Source of the DNA: Vairimorpha necatrix
Taxonomy: Eukaryota
Reading direction: 5' to 3'
Length of the DNA: 49,666 nucleotides
NCBI GenBank assembly: GCA_036630325.1
Contig: CP142736.1
Location: 930,001 to 979,666, forward strand
Shown: piece by piece, positions 23,671 through 36,605 of the stretch
Position numbering within the stretch: position 1 is the first letter of the stretch
How the letters are laid out: every line of letters starts with the position of its first letter
Position numbers and translations under genes: made by a program
The notes under the pieces: model-generated
Told to the model about the DNA's origin: nothing
The model's database searches: none
The model's input: the letters and a program-made list of their open reading frames with translations, nothing else

Positions 23671-24650
23671 ATGACTATTAAGATTTACTTTTTTTGAAAA
23701 AACTTTTTTGTTCTCCGCACGACGAAGTTTTTTTTGGAAATCATTAATAAATTTTATATAACAATGAGCTTAAAAAAATACAAAAATAGAACTTTACTAT
23801 TAATGAACAACTTCACTTACAACTAGAAATAAAATTGATGTTTACATCGACCGTGTATTCAAAGAGAGGCCAGTTTTTTAAAAAAACATTACTGATGCAG
23901 TGTTTAATGAAATTTGTTAATGGTGAATTTACGATTAGAAGAATTTATCTAGGAGCATCATCTTTTCTTTTATACGATTCTATATCCCCATTTTTAAAAT
24001 TCAAATAACTGGTGGTCAAAGAAGTCCGTAGAAAGCAGGATCGAATATTAGAAATGTTAGAAGTCGCGTAAAAGATTCATGTAATGATAAGTGACATTCT
24101 TGTAAGTTAATATTGTACATTGTTTAGCAATTTAGAAATTATTTAAATCTTAGTTTCTTATCAGCAGTGAATCTTGACGATGTAACATAAAGATAGATAA
24201 AAACATATGTTCTGAAACGAAAAATTATACAATATGCCCTTTCTGTAAAGGATATGAGAATTCAAATTGGTATTTATCAATAAACTACTTCACTAAACGT
24301 ATGAGGTTAAATTTATTGTTAACAAAATTCTATGTAATGGTTCTCTCTTATCTTACATGGAAAAAATAAAAATTAAGAAGAGAGTAATATTATGAGAAAA
24401 GAAGAGAATGTCTAGAAATATTATCTAATGAAGGATCATTAACTTTACGAAAAATTCAATAAAATCGAAAAGCGAAATTATTAGATAAGAAATTTAGCAT
24501 ATAATAAAATTTGAAAGTTTGAGCATACACTAAATGATACTGATAGTATATTTTTCTCGAAAAACCACATTGTAATAGCATGATGACAAAGCTTCTATAT
24601 CAGCTTTGAAAGTCTTTATTAGTTAACATTCAAGTTTAAATAATATTTTA
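23671..24650 (+). pseudogene. Probable decayed host gene
   Basis: GCCCTTTCCATA-ATG start context followed by ~1 kb of GC-richer coding-like fragments broken by stops and frameshifts; end approximate. Confidence 0.3.
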
Positions 24651-25380
24651 GTAATAAATAAATTCTGAATTATCATATAAACTGTTTACAGTTATAATTA
24701 AGGTCAAAGTAGAACAAAATATTTCAAATGTAAAGTTATTTAATAATTAGAACATTATAAAAATACCAAATTAAAGACTATCATTCTATTATAATAAATA
24801 ATTAAATGAGTTTAATAAAAAAAATATATCATAAAAACGTATATACGATATAAAATTCTATAAATAAATAAGAATGATTATTTTATATATATCAGTAAAA
24901 ATCTAAAGTTTAGTATAAATAAAAATATATTTAGAAAATACATGTTGGCCATGTAAAAAAGGTGTGTAGCAATTTTGTTTTCGGTAATAAATTTTGCTTT
25001 TTTGAGAGATAAAGATAATTATAACAACGGATTATAATACAATAAATACTAAATGAAGGATAAATCATCAGATCAAGCCTTGTAGAATTCAAATATTTTT
25101 TATCGATGCTAGATTCATTATAATCTTGTCTATTATATTTAATGAAACTAATCTTTTTGAATATTTAAAATTATCTTTATTTAAGGAAAATATTTGAAAA
25201 AAAATATTTTAAATATAATATGATTAAATAAAAATGATATATTAAAAATTTAAATAAGATAGTTTATAGAGTATAATAAAGAAGATATATATACATTTGA
25301 ATAAAAATATAATATAATATCAATACTAACATTTTTGTGTTATATAAAATAAAAAATAGGTTAAACTATCAAATACAATA

Positions 25381-25590
25381 AGAAAGTAGAAGCGTACATC
25401 AAGATGATTAACAGAGAAGACAAACGAAATTATTCCAAAAAACTACTAAGAGATGTGAAGGTTTCGATTTCAAAAGGACTAAGAGCCGAGAAGCTGCCCA
25501 CAAACAGGAGACGCTAACGCGGAACCTATTCAGAATATACTACAAATATAAAACACCGTTAGCATATCCTTAAATAATTCATTTTTTATA
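25381..25590 (+). mobile_element. 5'-truncated non-LTR retrotransposon 3' end (copy A)
   Basis: KVEAYIKMI remnant, motif CAGGAGACGCTAACGCGGAACCT; homologous to 36320-36605 and 42404-42590. Confidence 0.8.
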
Positions 25591-25921
25591 ATAGAAAACA
25601 TAATAGTAATTATGTTGTATTTATTTGTAAAGATTGTTTAAATATATTTAACAATGGTATTTATTATGTTATTTTCTGAGATAAACTATATTGTTTCCAT
25701 ATTTAGATATGAATTAAATAAATAACAAGAAATAAATATATGACAAATTAATAATTTTTTTTCTTTATGGAGTATCTACACATCTTATGATCCGGCACGT
25801 AGCCTAAATCTAAGTAGAAGAGGGTGAGTCAAAACTAACATATTGATTTATAATATTTTCTTGTTTCTGCTCTTCGAATTGTGGGTCAGGAGTAAATCGT
25901 TTAAATAGTCAATTAGATTAA

Positions 25922-26074
25922 CTGTCAAACTCTTTGAGATGTAAACAAACAAACATCAAACCGAATTTCAACTTAATACGTAGTACTTCATGTGACATGC
26001 ACTTTTCTTAAATTAGATTTGTGAATGTCAAACATGTCTAATGTTTGTTTACAACACTTGGTGATGTTTGACAG
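25922..26074. repeat. Fold-back (MITE-like) inverted repeat
   Basis: CTGTCAAAC (25922) / GTTTGACAG (26074), with nested TGTAAACAAACA (25940) / TGTTTGTTTACA (26053). Confidence 0.5.
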
Positions 26075-29000
26075 CACCAATAATCATTGTTTAATTGGAA
26101 GCCGTATTGTCAGTGCAGGTCTGCGCCTGACACATCTAAATAAATATTATTATTGTTAATTCCTAAATTATTTTTTACACAATTTAGTACTTTTTTTTAA
26201 GGAAGCTAACGTAGGTATCTGTATAATATATATTTTAAGAAATTTAGATTTAATGGTCTTTTCGTATGAGTACGTAAGTATATAATTTGCTGTTCATAAA
26301 ATAATTATTGAACGCTTTATGTGCAGAATCGATAAAAATGAAAACTTGAAGTAAAGTTAATCATATTAAATCGGCTTTGGACACAATACGTAAATTAAAC
26401 GCAATATTTACTTCTTTTTGCAAGGTAAAAACATATTTTTCAAAACAAGTAAATTAGATTCTTTCAAAAAGAAATTAAAACGCAACATTACGTGATTTAA
26501 TTACAAGAAATGTCTGAACTATATATCAATTATTTAAGACATATAATTTGTCTAACAATATATTTGTTGAATAAATTAGAATATATTCATATACAAGAAA
26601 TAAGATTATAAATCTATCTAAAATAATTTAGGTATATGCATTAAAGTATTTAAATAAATGTTAAAAAAACAAAACTTGATAAACTAAATACAAAGGTTTC
26701 ATGGAAGTATGTAGTAACGATTACATCATAAGGACAGTTGTCAAAGTTTACTATCAAATATTCACCAACAACGTTCCAACACACCAATAATGCAACAAAA
26801 AATAAATTTTTTTATATGTTTATCTATGCAAAATAATTAACCTTTAACTTACGTGGTTAAAAAATTATTACAATAAAAGAAAAAATTTAAAAAAGAATTT
26901 TGTATATGAAGGGCGGAATATTTTGAAGCAAGTACACAATCATAAAGTTATTAATAGCAAAATATTTTTAGTCTTCTGACTTAAAATAGCAAAGTTTTAT
27001 CTGTGAAGAACAGAGAAAAAAGGAAAAATAAGAACGACAAATTGGTTACAAAAAAATATTTTTGGAACGACCTCTACAATCTATCTAAATTTACAGCATA
27101 GGTAATAACAAGATAATTTAAATTTGATCTTTCCTCTTTTCATTTGGTATAAGTACGAAAGAAAATAAATGGAATTACTTTTACGATCAAACATAGCACT
27201 GTTTTAGAAGTGATACAAATAATATTCATCTATTATAATTAGATAGTAAAGGGATTATAAAGAAAAGATATACATATGATTCTACATATTGCTTTGCAAG
27301 ATAAACATAATAATTTAAAATAAAGATATACGATCAAGATATTAGATGAAATACAATTTTCTTTTATTTTTAAATCTACGCTAAGATGAACAAAAATAAA
27401 CCCTAATATTGCATATATTATAATTTAAATACAATTAAAACAAGCAATGAAATTTTTAATTATCTAGAATATATCAGACAATTTTAAAAATGAAAATTAT
27501 ACTAAAAAAACAACTATATTATATTTATATATGACCAATATGTACACGTTATTAAGTATAATAATTACTAATGGTAAAAAAACGAAAACAAATATTATAT
27601 AAAAATTTTAAACGAATTAAGATTTTCCTTGTATATTACATTTTTTTTGATTTATAGAATTCTAAAGAAGTTTCAATTATAAAAAATTGTAGACTTTTAA
27701 AAACGAAGTTGGTAAAAAACTAATGTCCCAAATATTAATTTGTTGTTTACAATCATATTGACCACACAAAATTAGAAATTATGACCAAAAAATTCTTAAA
27801 AGTAAAATCATCAATACTTTTTATATTTATAAAAATATATTATTAATTTTAATGAAATAATAAAACAATTCAAATATCTATCGGTTAGATATTTGATACT
27901 CGCTCTTTTGTTGTATATAATACTTCCTAAATCCGTTAAGTAAAATATTTTTATATAATAATTAGATTAAAATTTAAGTATGAAGACGAAATATTATAAA
28001 AAAAGTTTATATACGAAAGAAAAAAATTCCAAATTCATTCAACAATATCGTAAAATTATAAATTCATTGGGGAAATCATTTATTTAACGTATAATTAGAC
28101 GCCTTAAAGAAATTTATTTCAAATTAACAATATAAAAACAGACCTATTCATTGTAAAATCGTTCAGTGACGTTAAAAAGAATTTTGTTTAGAAACAACAT
28201 TTATGCTTAAATTTCAAAAATCCTTGGGAAATCCTACTTAAATACATTTTCCATATTATAATATAATAAGAAATAATAAGTAAATTTCCAATTATGAATA
28301 ATTAAATGTAAACAATAGCACATACAATTTAATACAAGGTTGTTGTATATAAAACGGTTTCGAGATTTTGAAAAAAGCGTCGCATATTGCAAAAAAATAA
28401 AACCAAAAATACGGGGGGAATAGAAATGCATATAAACACAATACAGTTAATAACATTTAAGAATTTATTATGAAATGCTATATTTATAAAAAATCTTATA
28501 TACCGTAGTTACACGCAAACGGAATATATATTTCAAAATTTATATATTTAAGCAGAAAATTTTTTTAATTAATATAAGAGTAATAACATAAAACAAACAT
28601 GATTAACACTAGCTTAATTTTAAAAAAAAACCCACTAAAAACATGTTAATACAAGATAAAATTTTTTCAATAATAATACTATATAATATTTCACCGGGAC
28701 GTTTTCAAGATTATTTACAAAAAAATAAAGAATAGGTTTTAGGTTATAATTGCATAATTAAATATTAACAATATGATAATACTTCGGAAAAACAAATAAG
28801 AATCTTAGAAAAAACACCTAAATTATATTTATATATCGTTAGTCTCGAAAATTAAAATTATTTTTAAAAAATTAAATTTTTAGAATATATAAGAATTCAT
28901 TTACACATATTTAAATAAAAAAATAAAAATTTTTATTATTTAGCAAAAAAAAACAAAATAATATTAGTTTAAAAACTAAACTTAAAAATTCCTCTTATAA

Positions 29001-32000
29001 AATAAAAATTTTCATTCTTTGTCTTATAATTATCAGATATTTAAAATTTTTAAATTAAAAATTTGAATATAAACGTTATAGTCAATATTTTTGAAGAAAA
29101 ATTGAAATTTAATTTTGATATTATATATTGTCTATAGTTTAAAAAAAGCGTTAGATTAAATCTAAGTATGAAAAGGTCAAGAAACATTTTTACTTCAATA
29201 TAAATTTTTAATACACAAGGATTTATCTACAAGTAAAATAAACATAATGCCAATAAAAATCTTTGAAACAACTAATATTTTTCGAAATGCAATTTCAATA
29301 CAGATAATTGAGGTTAATATTACAAAAAAATTTTAAAAGAAAATTTATTTAAAGTAGTAGGATAACTTTTTTTAAAAAAAAAACATATTGGACTAAAACT
29401 CGTTTTGAAAATAAATATTTTCTTTTAGAAAAGTTAATAAAAAACATTCAAACTAAACGTTCAAATTATTCTATATAAGTAAAAAAAAGAAACTTTTTAT
29501 ACAATTAAATTTTCACGACTAATAAATCTAGAAGTCTCAACCACTAAAACGAAAATAATATTTTTTGATCATTAAATTGAATTTTATATTTTCAAATTTT
29601 GCTCATAATAATACACATACGACTGATTAGAATAAGTAATAGTTTTAGAACATATAACGACTTAATCTTTTTTAAAAATAATATATCAATCGAAAAATAA
29701 CAATGCAATATATTACACCTACATTGTTAAACATGATGATATATTCAACCTACACGAGAAACATATGATTCAATAACGAAAAATTTATAAAAATATTAAA
29801 AATAATCTATTAAAGATTTTCATATATTTGTATTTCAAAAGAAACCGTATCATGGAGGGTTTTAGAAAATTGTAGATTAAAGTTATTAAATTACAATCAT
29901 TATTCCATAAAGTTTTATAAATGTTTTAAATCATACTTATAGTAAAACAAAAAATACTATTTAACGCAAGGAAGCATTGGAGAGTTCTTCATATCTAAAA
30001 ACTCATTTTTATATGAAAACTTAAGTTTTTAAAATTATTATAAAAACGTAGTATAAAACCCAATAATATCAAGAAAATTCATAAATAAAAATTTAAAGTC
30101 TCAAAGAAACATGAAGACATACGACGAAAATAAAATATAAACATCTATAGAGGAACACAACGAACGACATTTCATTCTGTTATCCTTTATTACAACAGTA
30201 TTTTAAAATTTATGGTTATAATCTGTAAAAATATTATAAAAAAAAAATTTATTTCAATGGGAACAATGATAAATATCTGAGAAATAAATATAATAATGGC
30301 CAGAAAACATATTAAATACATTTCACATAATAAAATAATCAATATATATACAAATTGTAATTTTATAAACAAAACTAGGCTGGAAATGAATTTCGTATTT
30401 CTTCATGTGAATTTTTCTAGTAAATATCATATATTCCAAGTATTTATTATTAATACTATAATTATAGTAAATATAAAATCAAAATAAATACAATATTAGT
30501 AAATTTATTGAAAAATATCTTACACTAACCAAAGAATAAAAAAATATAAATCAATAAGAGCTAAGGGGGGTTAATTAAAAGTATAAACAAACCCCAATGC
30601 AACTAATTAATAGATATTTATATAAATTTAAGGATAATATCATGAAAAAGCGTATAAATTAAAAAAAAAATTTTATCTTTAATAATGACAGAAAATAGTT
30701 TAATTAAAATATTTTAATGCATAAACCCAATTTCATATTAAACATAGATGCGAAAGACGATTTCTAATAATTATAAAATAATATTTAATATAAATTTTAA
30801 TTGATAAAAAAATATAATAATAAATTGATAGAATAAATTTTAATTATTAAAACAAAAAAATTTTTATGAGTTTTTTTGATATAAACATTTTGATTTTCGT
30901 AGAATGAAATCAATCTAATGATTTAATTTAAAATTAGAATTTTTTAATAATCCATGTATTATTTTATTATATAAAATTTCATTTTAACATAACACATTAA
31001 GTAAAACATTTTCATAGAGAATGTTAAGTTACCTTATAACTATCCGCAATTTTTTACGCAATAATTTTGAATATACAACATATCTGAATCGCAAAAATTT
31101 ATCAATATTAACTGGTTATCAAATATATCAAACTAGTTCTTTTCATAATTGAAATTATATATAGATCAAGCAAGAACTAAATCTAACGGTTATAAAAAGA
31201 AATATAAAAGTATAAAAAAACATATCTAGGGTATTATGATCATATAATCAAATATATTTTTTATAGGATGTATTTTTCAATTATTCTTTATTTTCACACC
31301 CTCTTATTTTAAAAATATTATATTTTCTACCATAGAAAATTGAATCCCAAAGAGAACATAAAAAATAGACACATATCATTTGTAATTATAAAAGACTTCC
31401 TGAACAGTTGGGCAAATACATAGATAAATAAGATTGTACATTAGAAGAAGCCGCATCCCTTTGAAACTCCTAAGTAGGCAGAAATATTCAATAAAAAATT
31501 CCAAAAAACAATTTTTTCCGAAATTTTTTTATTTTTAAAAAAATAAATTAAATCATATAAATTTAGATAAATATAAATTACTTTCATTGGTCTATTTTAA
31601 AATCATATAATTATAGTAAAAAAAAATAAATGTAATTAGTTATTCGTATTGTATTTCAAACAATCACTGGAATCTAGTCCGTAATGTTTCGAAAATATTA
31701 CGCCATTTTACTTTCTTTGAATAATGATCTAATTTTATCATTCAAAGAGGTTATCATGAGCTTTCCTATAGAGTATATGCTCCTGTGTCTGTATATATGC
31801 GATAGTACAGCATTCGAGATTTAAGTTATTTGTAGAATATCTAACAATATTATTTTTTAGTGAAATACGAATATTTCCAGTAAGAAATATGTTAAAACAC
31901 AAAAATGACTTTTTTTACAATAATATATATTACAAAATAAATCAGTAATTTTTACTTTTACAATATTTAATTAAATAAATTTATTCGCAGAATTACACCA

Positions 32001-32025
32001 AAAATACTTTAAGTTTTAATTATAT

Positions 32026-32063
32026 TGTTAAAGTCGAACCTCCTATTAAATAAATGTATAACA
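32026..32063 (+). repeat. 5' LTR (38 bp)
   Basis: TGTTAAAGTCGAACCTCCTATTAAATAAATGTATAACA, directly followed by TGGCG. Confidence 0.8.
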
Positions 32064-32075
32064 TGGCGAACACAA
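32064..32075 (+). other. Primer-binding site
   Basis: TGGCGAACACAA (TGG complements the tRNA CCA end) abutting the LTR's terminal CA. Confidence 0.7.
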
Positions 32076-35000
32076 AATACGAAAGGTTAACAAGTGAGAG
32101 CCATGTTTAAGAGAACAATAAATTACTAAAAGAAGCTCGAAGAGTGAGACAATCATCATAATGCAAAAAGATGTACAAGATTTGACAACGAAATGGCGAA
32201 ACAAGTAATTACTGAACTTCAAAATTTTATTATTGATAAAAATTTAATTAGTATGATAAATTGGAATGATATTATTGATGAAATTGATAAATTAGTTGTG
32301 AAGAGAAAGAGAATAAGAACAAGGAAAAAATAAGGTGTAGAGAACTAAAAGAAAAGGTAGAGGTATGAAAGAAAAATTAAAAAGAGAAAAAAAAAGAGAT
32401 CTGACTAGGACTGTAGCAGTGCCAGGAAGAAACTTTCAATATCAAAGACGAGAAGAAAACCATTTTTTTATATGTGGAAGAATTATACATATAGCTAGAG
32501 ATTGTATGGAGCGTAAAGGAAGGCAGGAAGAGAATTATGAAATTAAAAGTGTTAAATATTTTGGCATTCGTGATTATAGTAAAGTGAAAATATTAAAAGG
32601 AAATGATTTTAAATTGAGACTACCAGTGGAGGTAGGAAGAAAGAACTCAAGAAACAGTTTTTATATAAAAAATACAAATCAAGATAAAAGAAGAAAAAAT
32701 ATTAATAAATATGAAGAATTGGAAGGAAAATTTCCTGAGGTATTAGGAAAAGACAAAGGGAAAATAAAATACTTTACCGGGAGAAAATGTTCTATCAAAA
32801 CAAAACATTGAGTAAAAGTAGTTAAAAAGAAACAAAATATTCCTTATAAACTCCGAGAAAAGTTAGAATAGTATATTAATTTATTAGAAAGTAGAGGTAT
32901 TATCAGAAGGACAAAGAGCGAATGGAGAAGCCTAATAAAGCCCATAGAAAAACCAAATAGTGAAGTGAGATCGGTATTCAATTTGATGGCTTTAAACGAA
33001 CTGGTTTAAAAAGATCCATATGAATTGCCATTGATTAGAACATTATTAGGGCAACGCAAGGTTCTAAAGTATTTATGGTTATAGACCTAAAGTAAGGATT
33101 CTATCATATAGAAATTGAGAAAGCTCAAAAGCATAAGACAGCCTCTGAGATAAATGTTAGAGTTTACGAATGGAATATCATGGTAATGGGATTTAAAAAT
33201 GCTCCATATATTATGCAAAGAGTGATGAACGGGGTTTTAGATAAGTTATGAGGTATACATGGATGATATTATTATTCATGTAAGTGATAGTAATATACAC
33301 GATAATTTATTAAAACAAATATTTCGAAAATTCTAAGAATATGGTTTAAAAGAAACTAAAAAAGATACAATATAAAGGAGAAGTAAAATTATTGTAGTAA
33401 CAATTAACGGAGAAGAAATTAAACCAAAGGAAAATAAATTCCGAGTGACAAAAGAATACAGAAGGCCTAACAACATAAATGAGCTTAGAGAATTTGAGGG
33501 ACGGGCAGGCTGGTCAAGAAATTTTATTCCCCATTATGCTTATCGGTCAGCGTTTCTTACAGAAGCACTAAAAAAAGATGTATAATGGGAATGGTCCGAA
33601 GATATGGAAAGAGCTTTTATGATATCAAAGAGGGTTTAAAGATAATTAAAATTTTAAAAATAGTAGATAGAAAAAAAATGTGTAGAGTAAGAACAGATGC
33701 ATACGATACGGGAATTGGAGCCATACTATTGCAAGAAGACAAAGAAGGAAGGTGGATTCAGATACAATGAGCATCAAAAATGATAACACCAACAGATAAA
33801 AAGTATACGATTAGTGAAAAAGAGATGTTGGCAGCCTTATTTGGAATAAAGAAAATCGAGTCAGATTTGGGTGGAAGTAAATTTCAATAAATGACAAATC
33901 ATAAAGGACTGGCCATGATTAGAAACAAACCGTTTTTCAATAATTACATAATTAATAGATAGATATAATATATACAAGAGTATGATTCTACTATTGAATA
34001 TGTAAAAGGCGAATGGATGACGTATGTGGATGCTCTTAGTAGAGATTTTAAAATAACGAAGTGAAAGAAAGCAGCGAAAGTAGAAACGGGCTAAAAATAG
34101 ATGAAAAGGAAAGAAATAAAGCGCATGGTTAGAAGAGGAAAAAACTTTTGGAAGTTCTCAACAGGAGTAATTCATAAATACAACACGAAGAAATAAGTGA
34201 GTACAGAAATTCGTAGAGTTCATGAGGAATTAAATCATCGAGGAGTTAAGGAAACACATTATAAGATTAAACAAAGATGGTACTGGTCCGGTATGAAGTA
34301 CCAGATAACCACAACACTAAAAAATTGTGAAGTATGTAGCATTAATAATAGAAAAACGATGGGAGGTAGCAATTAAGTAACAATATTTAAGAAATTTAAA
34401 AAACTTTCTAACGTATTGGATATTTGGCAAATAGAAAGATACGTGCTATTAGGGATGGACTACTTAGAACAAGAATATGTGACGCAAAGATAGAAAATAA
34501 TGATAGTGAAATTAGTCTAAAACTTTATAAAATGGATATTTGAGATAGATACCTAGATGAATATATTACGGAAAACATAAGGAATTTTTAGTAAGAATTT
34601 TGTAATTTGGTGTATAGAAAACGAAATTATGCAATGGAAAGTAGGTTTAGAAGCTCATAGGAGTAATTGAAGAATAGAACGATGTATTTGAACAATGAGG
34701 GAATCGATGATCATTAAAAAAGAAGGAAACCCAGAGGAAAAACTAGAACAAGCTGCAAGAACCTATAATAACACTCTACACACAGCGATTAAATATACAC
34801 CAATGGAAGCATGGAAAGAACAAGGAAAAGAAGTCTTAATTGAAAACAATAAAAAGAATGTGTATGCAAGTAAGTTTAAACAAAAGCATAGAGAAAAATT
34901 TGAAGTAGATCAGGCTGTGAGAATCGCAAGATAAAAAACTTGGGTAAATAGATGAAAAGTACAAAAGGAAGATTTACAAGTGTTGGTAAAATGATGGGAA

Positions 35001-35123
35001 AGTATGAGAATGATACTTTTATTGTAAGGACTGATAGCGGAAGATACATTAAAAAACGACATTATGACCTAGAAGATTATAAAAATGATTAATTAGAAGC
35101 TTGTAACCTGAGACTATCCGTTT

Positions 35124-35133
35124 GAAGGAGAAA
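35124..35133 (+). other. Polypurine tract
   Basis: GAAGGAGAAA immediately before the 3' LTR. Confidence 0.75.
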
Positions 35134-35172
35134 TGTTAGGGTTGAACTTTCCTATTAAATAAATGTATAACA
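35134..35172 (+). repeat. 3' LTR (39 bp)
   Basis: TGTTAGGGTTGAACTTTCCTATTAAATAAATGTATAACA, direct repeat of 32026-32063. Confidence 0.8.
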
Positions 35173-35339
35173 TATAATCATTAATCTGAAAAAAAAATAA
35201 TTGAATAAAAAAAATAGTTAGATAAATTTTTATTAAAAATTTTCTTTTTTTATTTATTTTAGTTACATATTGATTTAACTGATAAATTTTTTAAACAAAA
35301 GATTCAGGACCTTTTAAGGGCTAGGAGTTTACGTGTTAT

Positions 35340-35377
35340 GTAGGTTAGGTAGGTTAGATAGGTAGGTTGGGTAGGTG
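35340..35377 (+). repeat. Degenerate (T)TAGG simple repeat
   Basis: GTAGGTTAGGTAGGTTAGATAGGTAGGTTGGGTAGGTG; shorter similar tract at ~39376-39399. Confidence 0.6.
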
Positions 35378-36319
35378 TATCTGTTATATTAAAAAATGTA
35401 AAGTTTGATGAAGAGAAAAACTATACTCTAATTTATTTTTGAATTATAGCCACAAAATTAGAATATTTTGTACCGAAAGCATTATATACCTTTTCTATAT
35501 TCTATAAATAGACTCTATATATCGACTCTTCAACATTAATCAAAAATTTATCCTGAGAAGCTTAAAAAGAATAGAAAGAAACAAATAGTAAGTTAAATCA
35601 TACAGTAAAATATACTATGACAAGTTTTTCGCCATATCAATTTTTAATTTTATAATTACGCACTTTTATTCGAACATAAAATGTTATTTGAAAACATTTA
35701 AAAAAGAAAAATAAATTAGTAATTTTTTATCCAACACATGACAAGAACAATATTTGTTGTTCTTCGTCCCATTGAGTCATATACTAAAATCTAAAAGACT
35801 CATTAATTTTATGAAAAATTTGTAATATATCAAAATAAATATTAAAAAGAAAACTTATCGCAAATTGTTTACAAATTTAGCATTTAGAACTTCATAATAT
35901 AGGCATAATTTCTCAAAGTCAAAAAATGATGTTTATTTCAAAATGTTTACAATTAATAATTATTAGAAAATTATCTAGAATTATAAGCAATTTTTTTTTG
36001 ATTAAAGTTTTCTATTTAGAAAATGAGTTTAGTTTTTTATGTAAAAGCTATTTAAATATAAAAATTAATATTTTTTTATTAAAAAATTTCAGTCATACGA
36101 AAATAGTAGAATATACAAATTTTAATAATTTAATAATAGTATATCAATAAAACTTTTAAAGAATCAAATCATTAAGAAAAAAAGAACCTTCTAATATGTT
36201 TAATTTGATATCATTAGTCACAATTCAATATTTTATAAATGATCAAGCTTATTATCATAAATAAACTAAAATGAAAAATATAAAATATGATTTAATATAT
36301 GGTTTTATAACAGAGAAAT

Positions 36320-36605
36320 TTCCTACTTAATCACTTGGGACGGTATCGTGACTAAGTTCTACAAATCATATACCACAAGACTTGGAATCCCTAAGAAGGT
36401 AGAAGCGTACATCCAGATGATAACGTTAAAGAAGACGCTAGAAAGCATTCTCTCGACTACCAAATGAGAGGTGACGAAGCCTTTGTGGAATGGACTTTGG
36501 AGCCACAAAGCTACCTTTATACAGGAGACGCTAACGCGGAACCTACCCCTGTTAAACTATAAATATAAACTACAATAAGCATACTTTAATTAAATTCATT
36601 TATTT
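36320..36605 (+). mobile_element. 5'-truncated non-LTR retrotransposon 3' end (copy B; R4/Dong-like, RLE type)
   Basis: Translates YLITWDGIVTKFYKSYTTRLGIPKKVEAYIQMITLKKTLESI, which I recognise as the C-terminus of microsporidian RLE-type LINE proteins (from memory, not searched). Confidence 0.85.

Larger units (their letters stand above)
32026..35172 (+). mobile_element. Decayed end-to-end Ty3/gypsy LTR retrotransposon (~3.15 kb)
   Basis: LTR-PBS-gag (knuckle FFICGRIIHIARDC)-RT (IDLK*GFYHI, MGFKNAP, YMDD at 33256)-RNase H (RTDAYDTGIGAILLQ)-integrase (HEELNHRG...CEVC, YNNTLHTAIK, KKRHYDL)-PPT-LTR; many stops and frameshifts; flanks TATAT / TATAA. Confidence 0.95.

Noticed and set aside
26200-32000. 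Short ORFs and a weak repeat TTAGATTAAA..TAAGTATGAA (~27962 and ~29151)
   Set aside because: Extreme AT content explains both; no extendable alignment or protein motif.
36524-36544. GDANAEP as a 2A-like ribosome-skipping peptide
   Set aside because: Lacks the DxExNPGP consensus.
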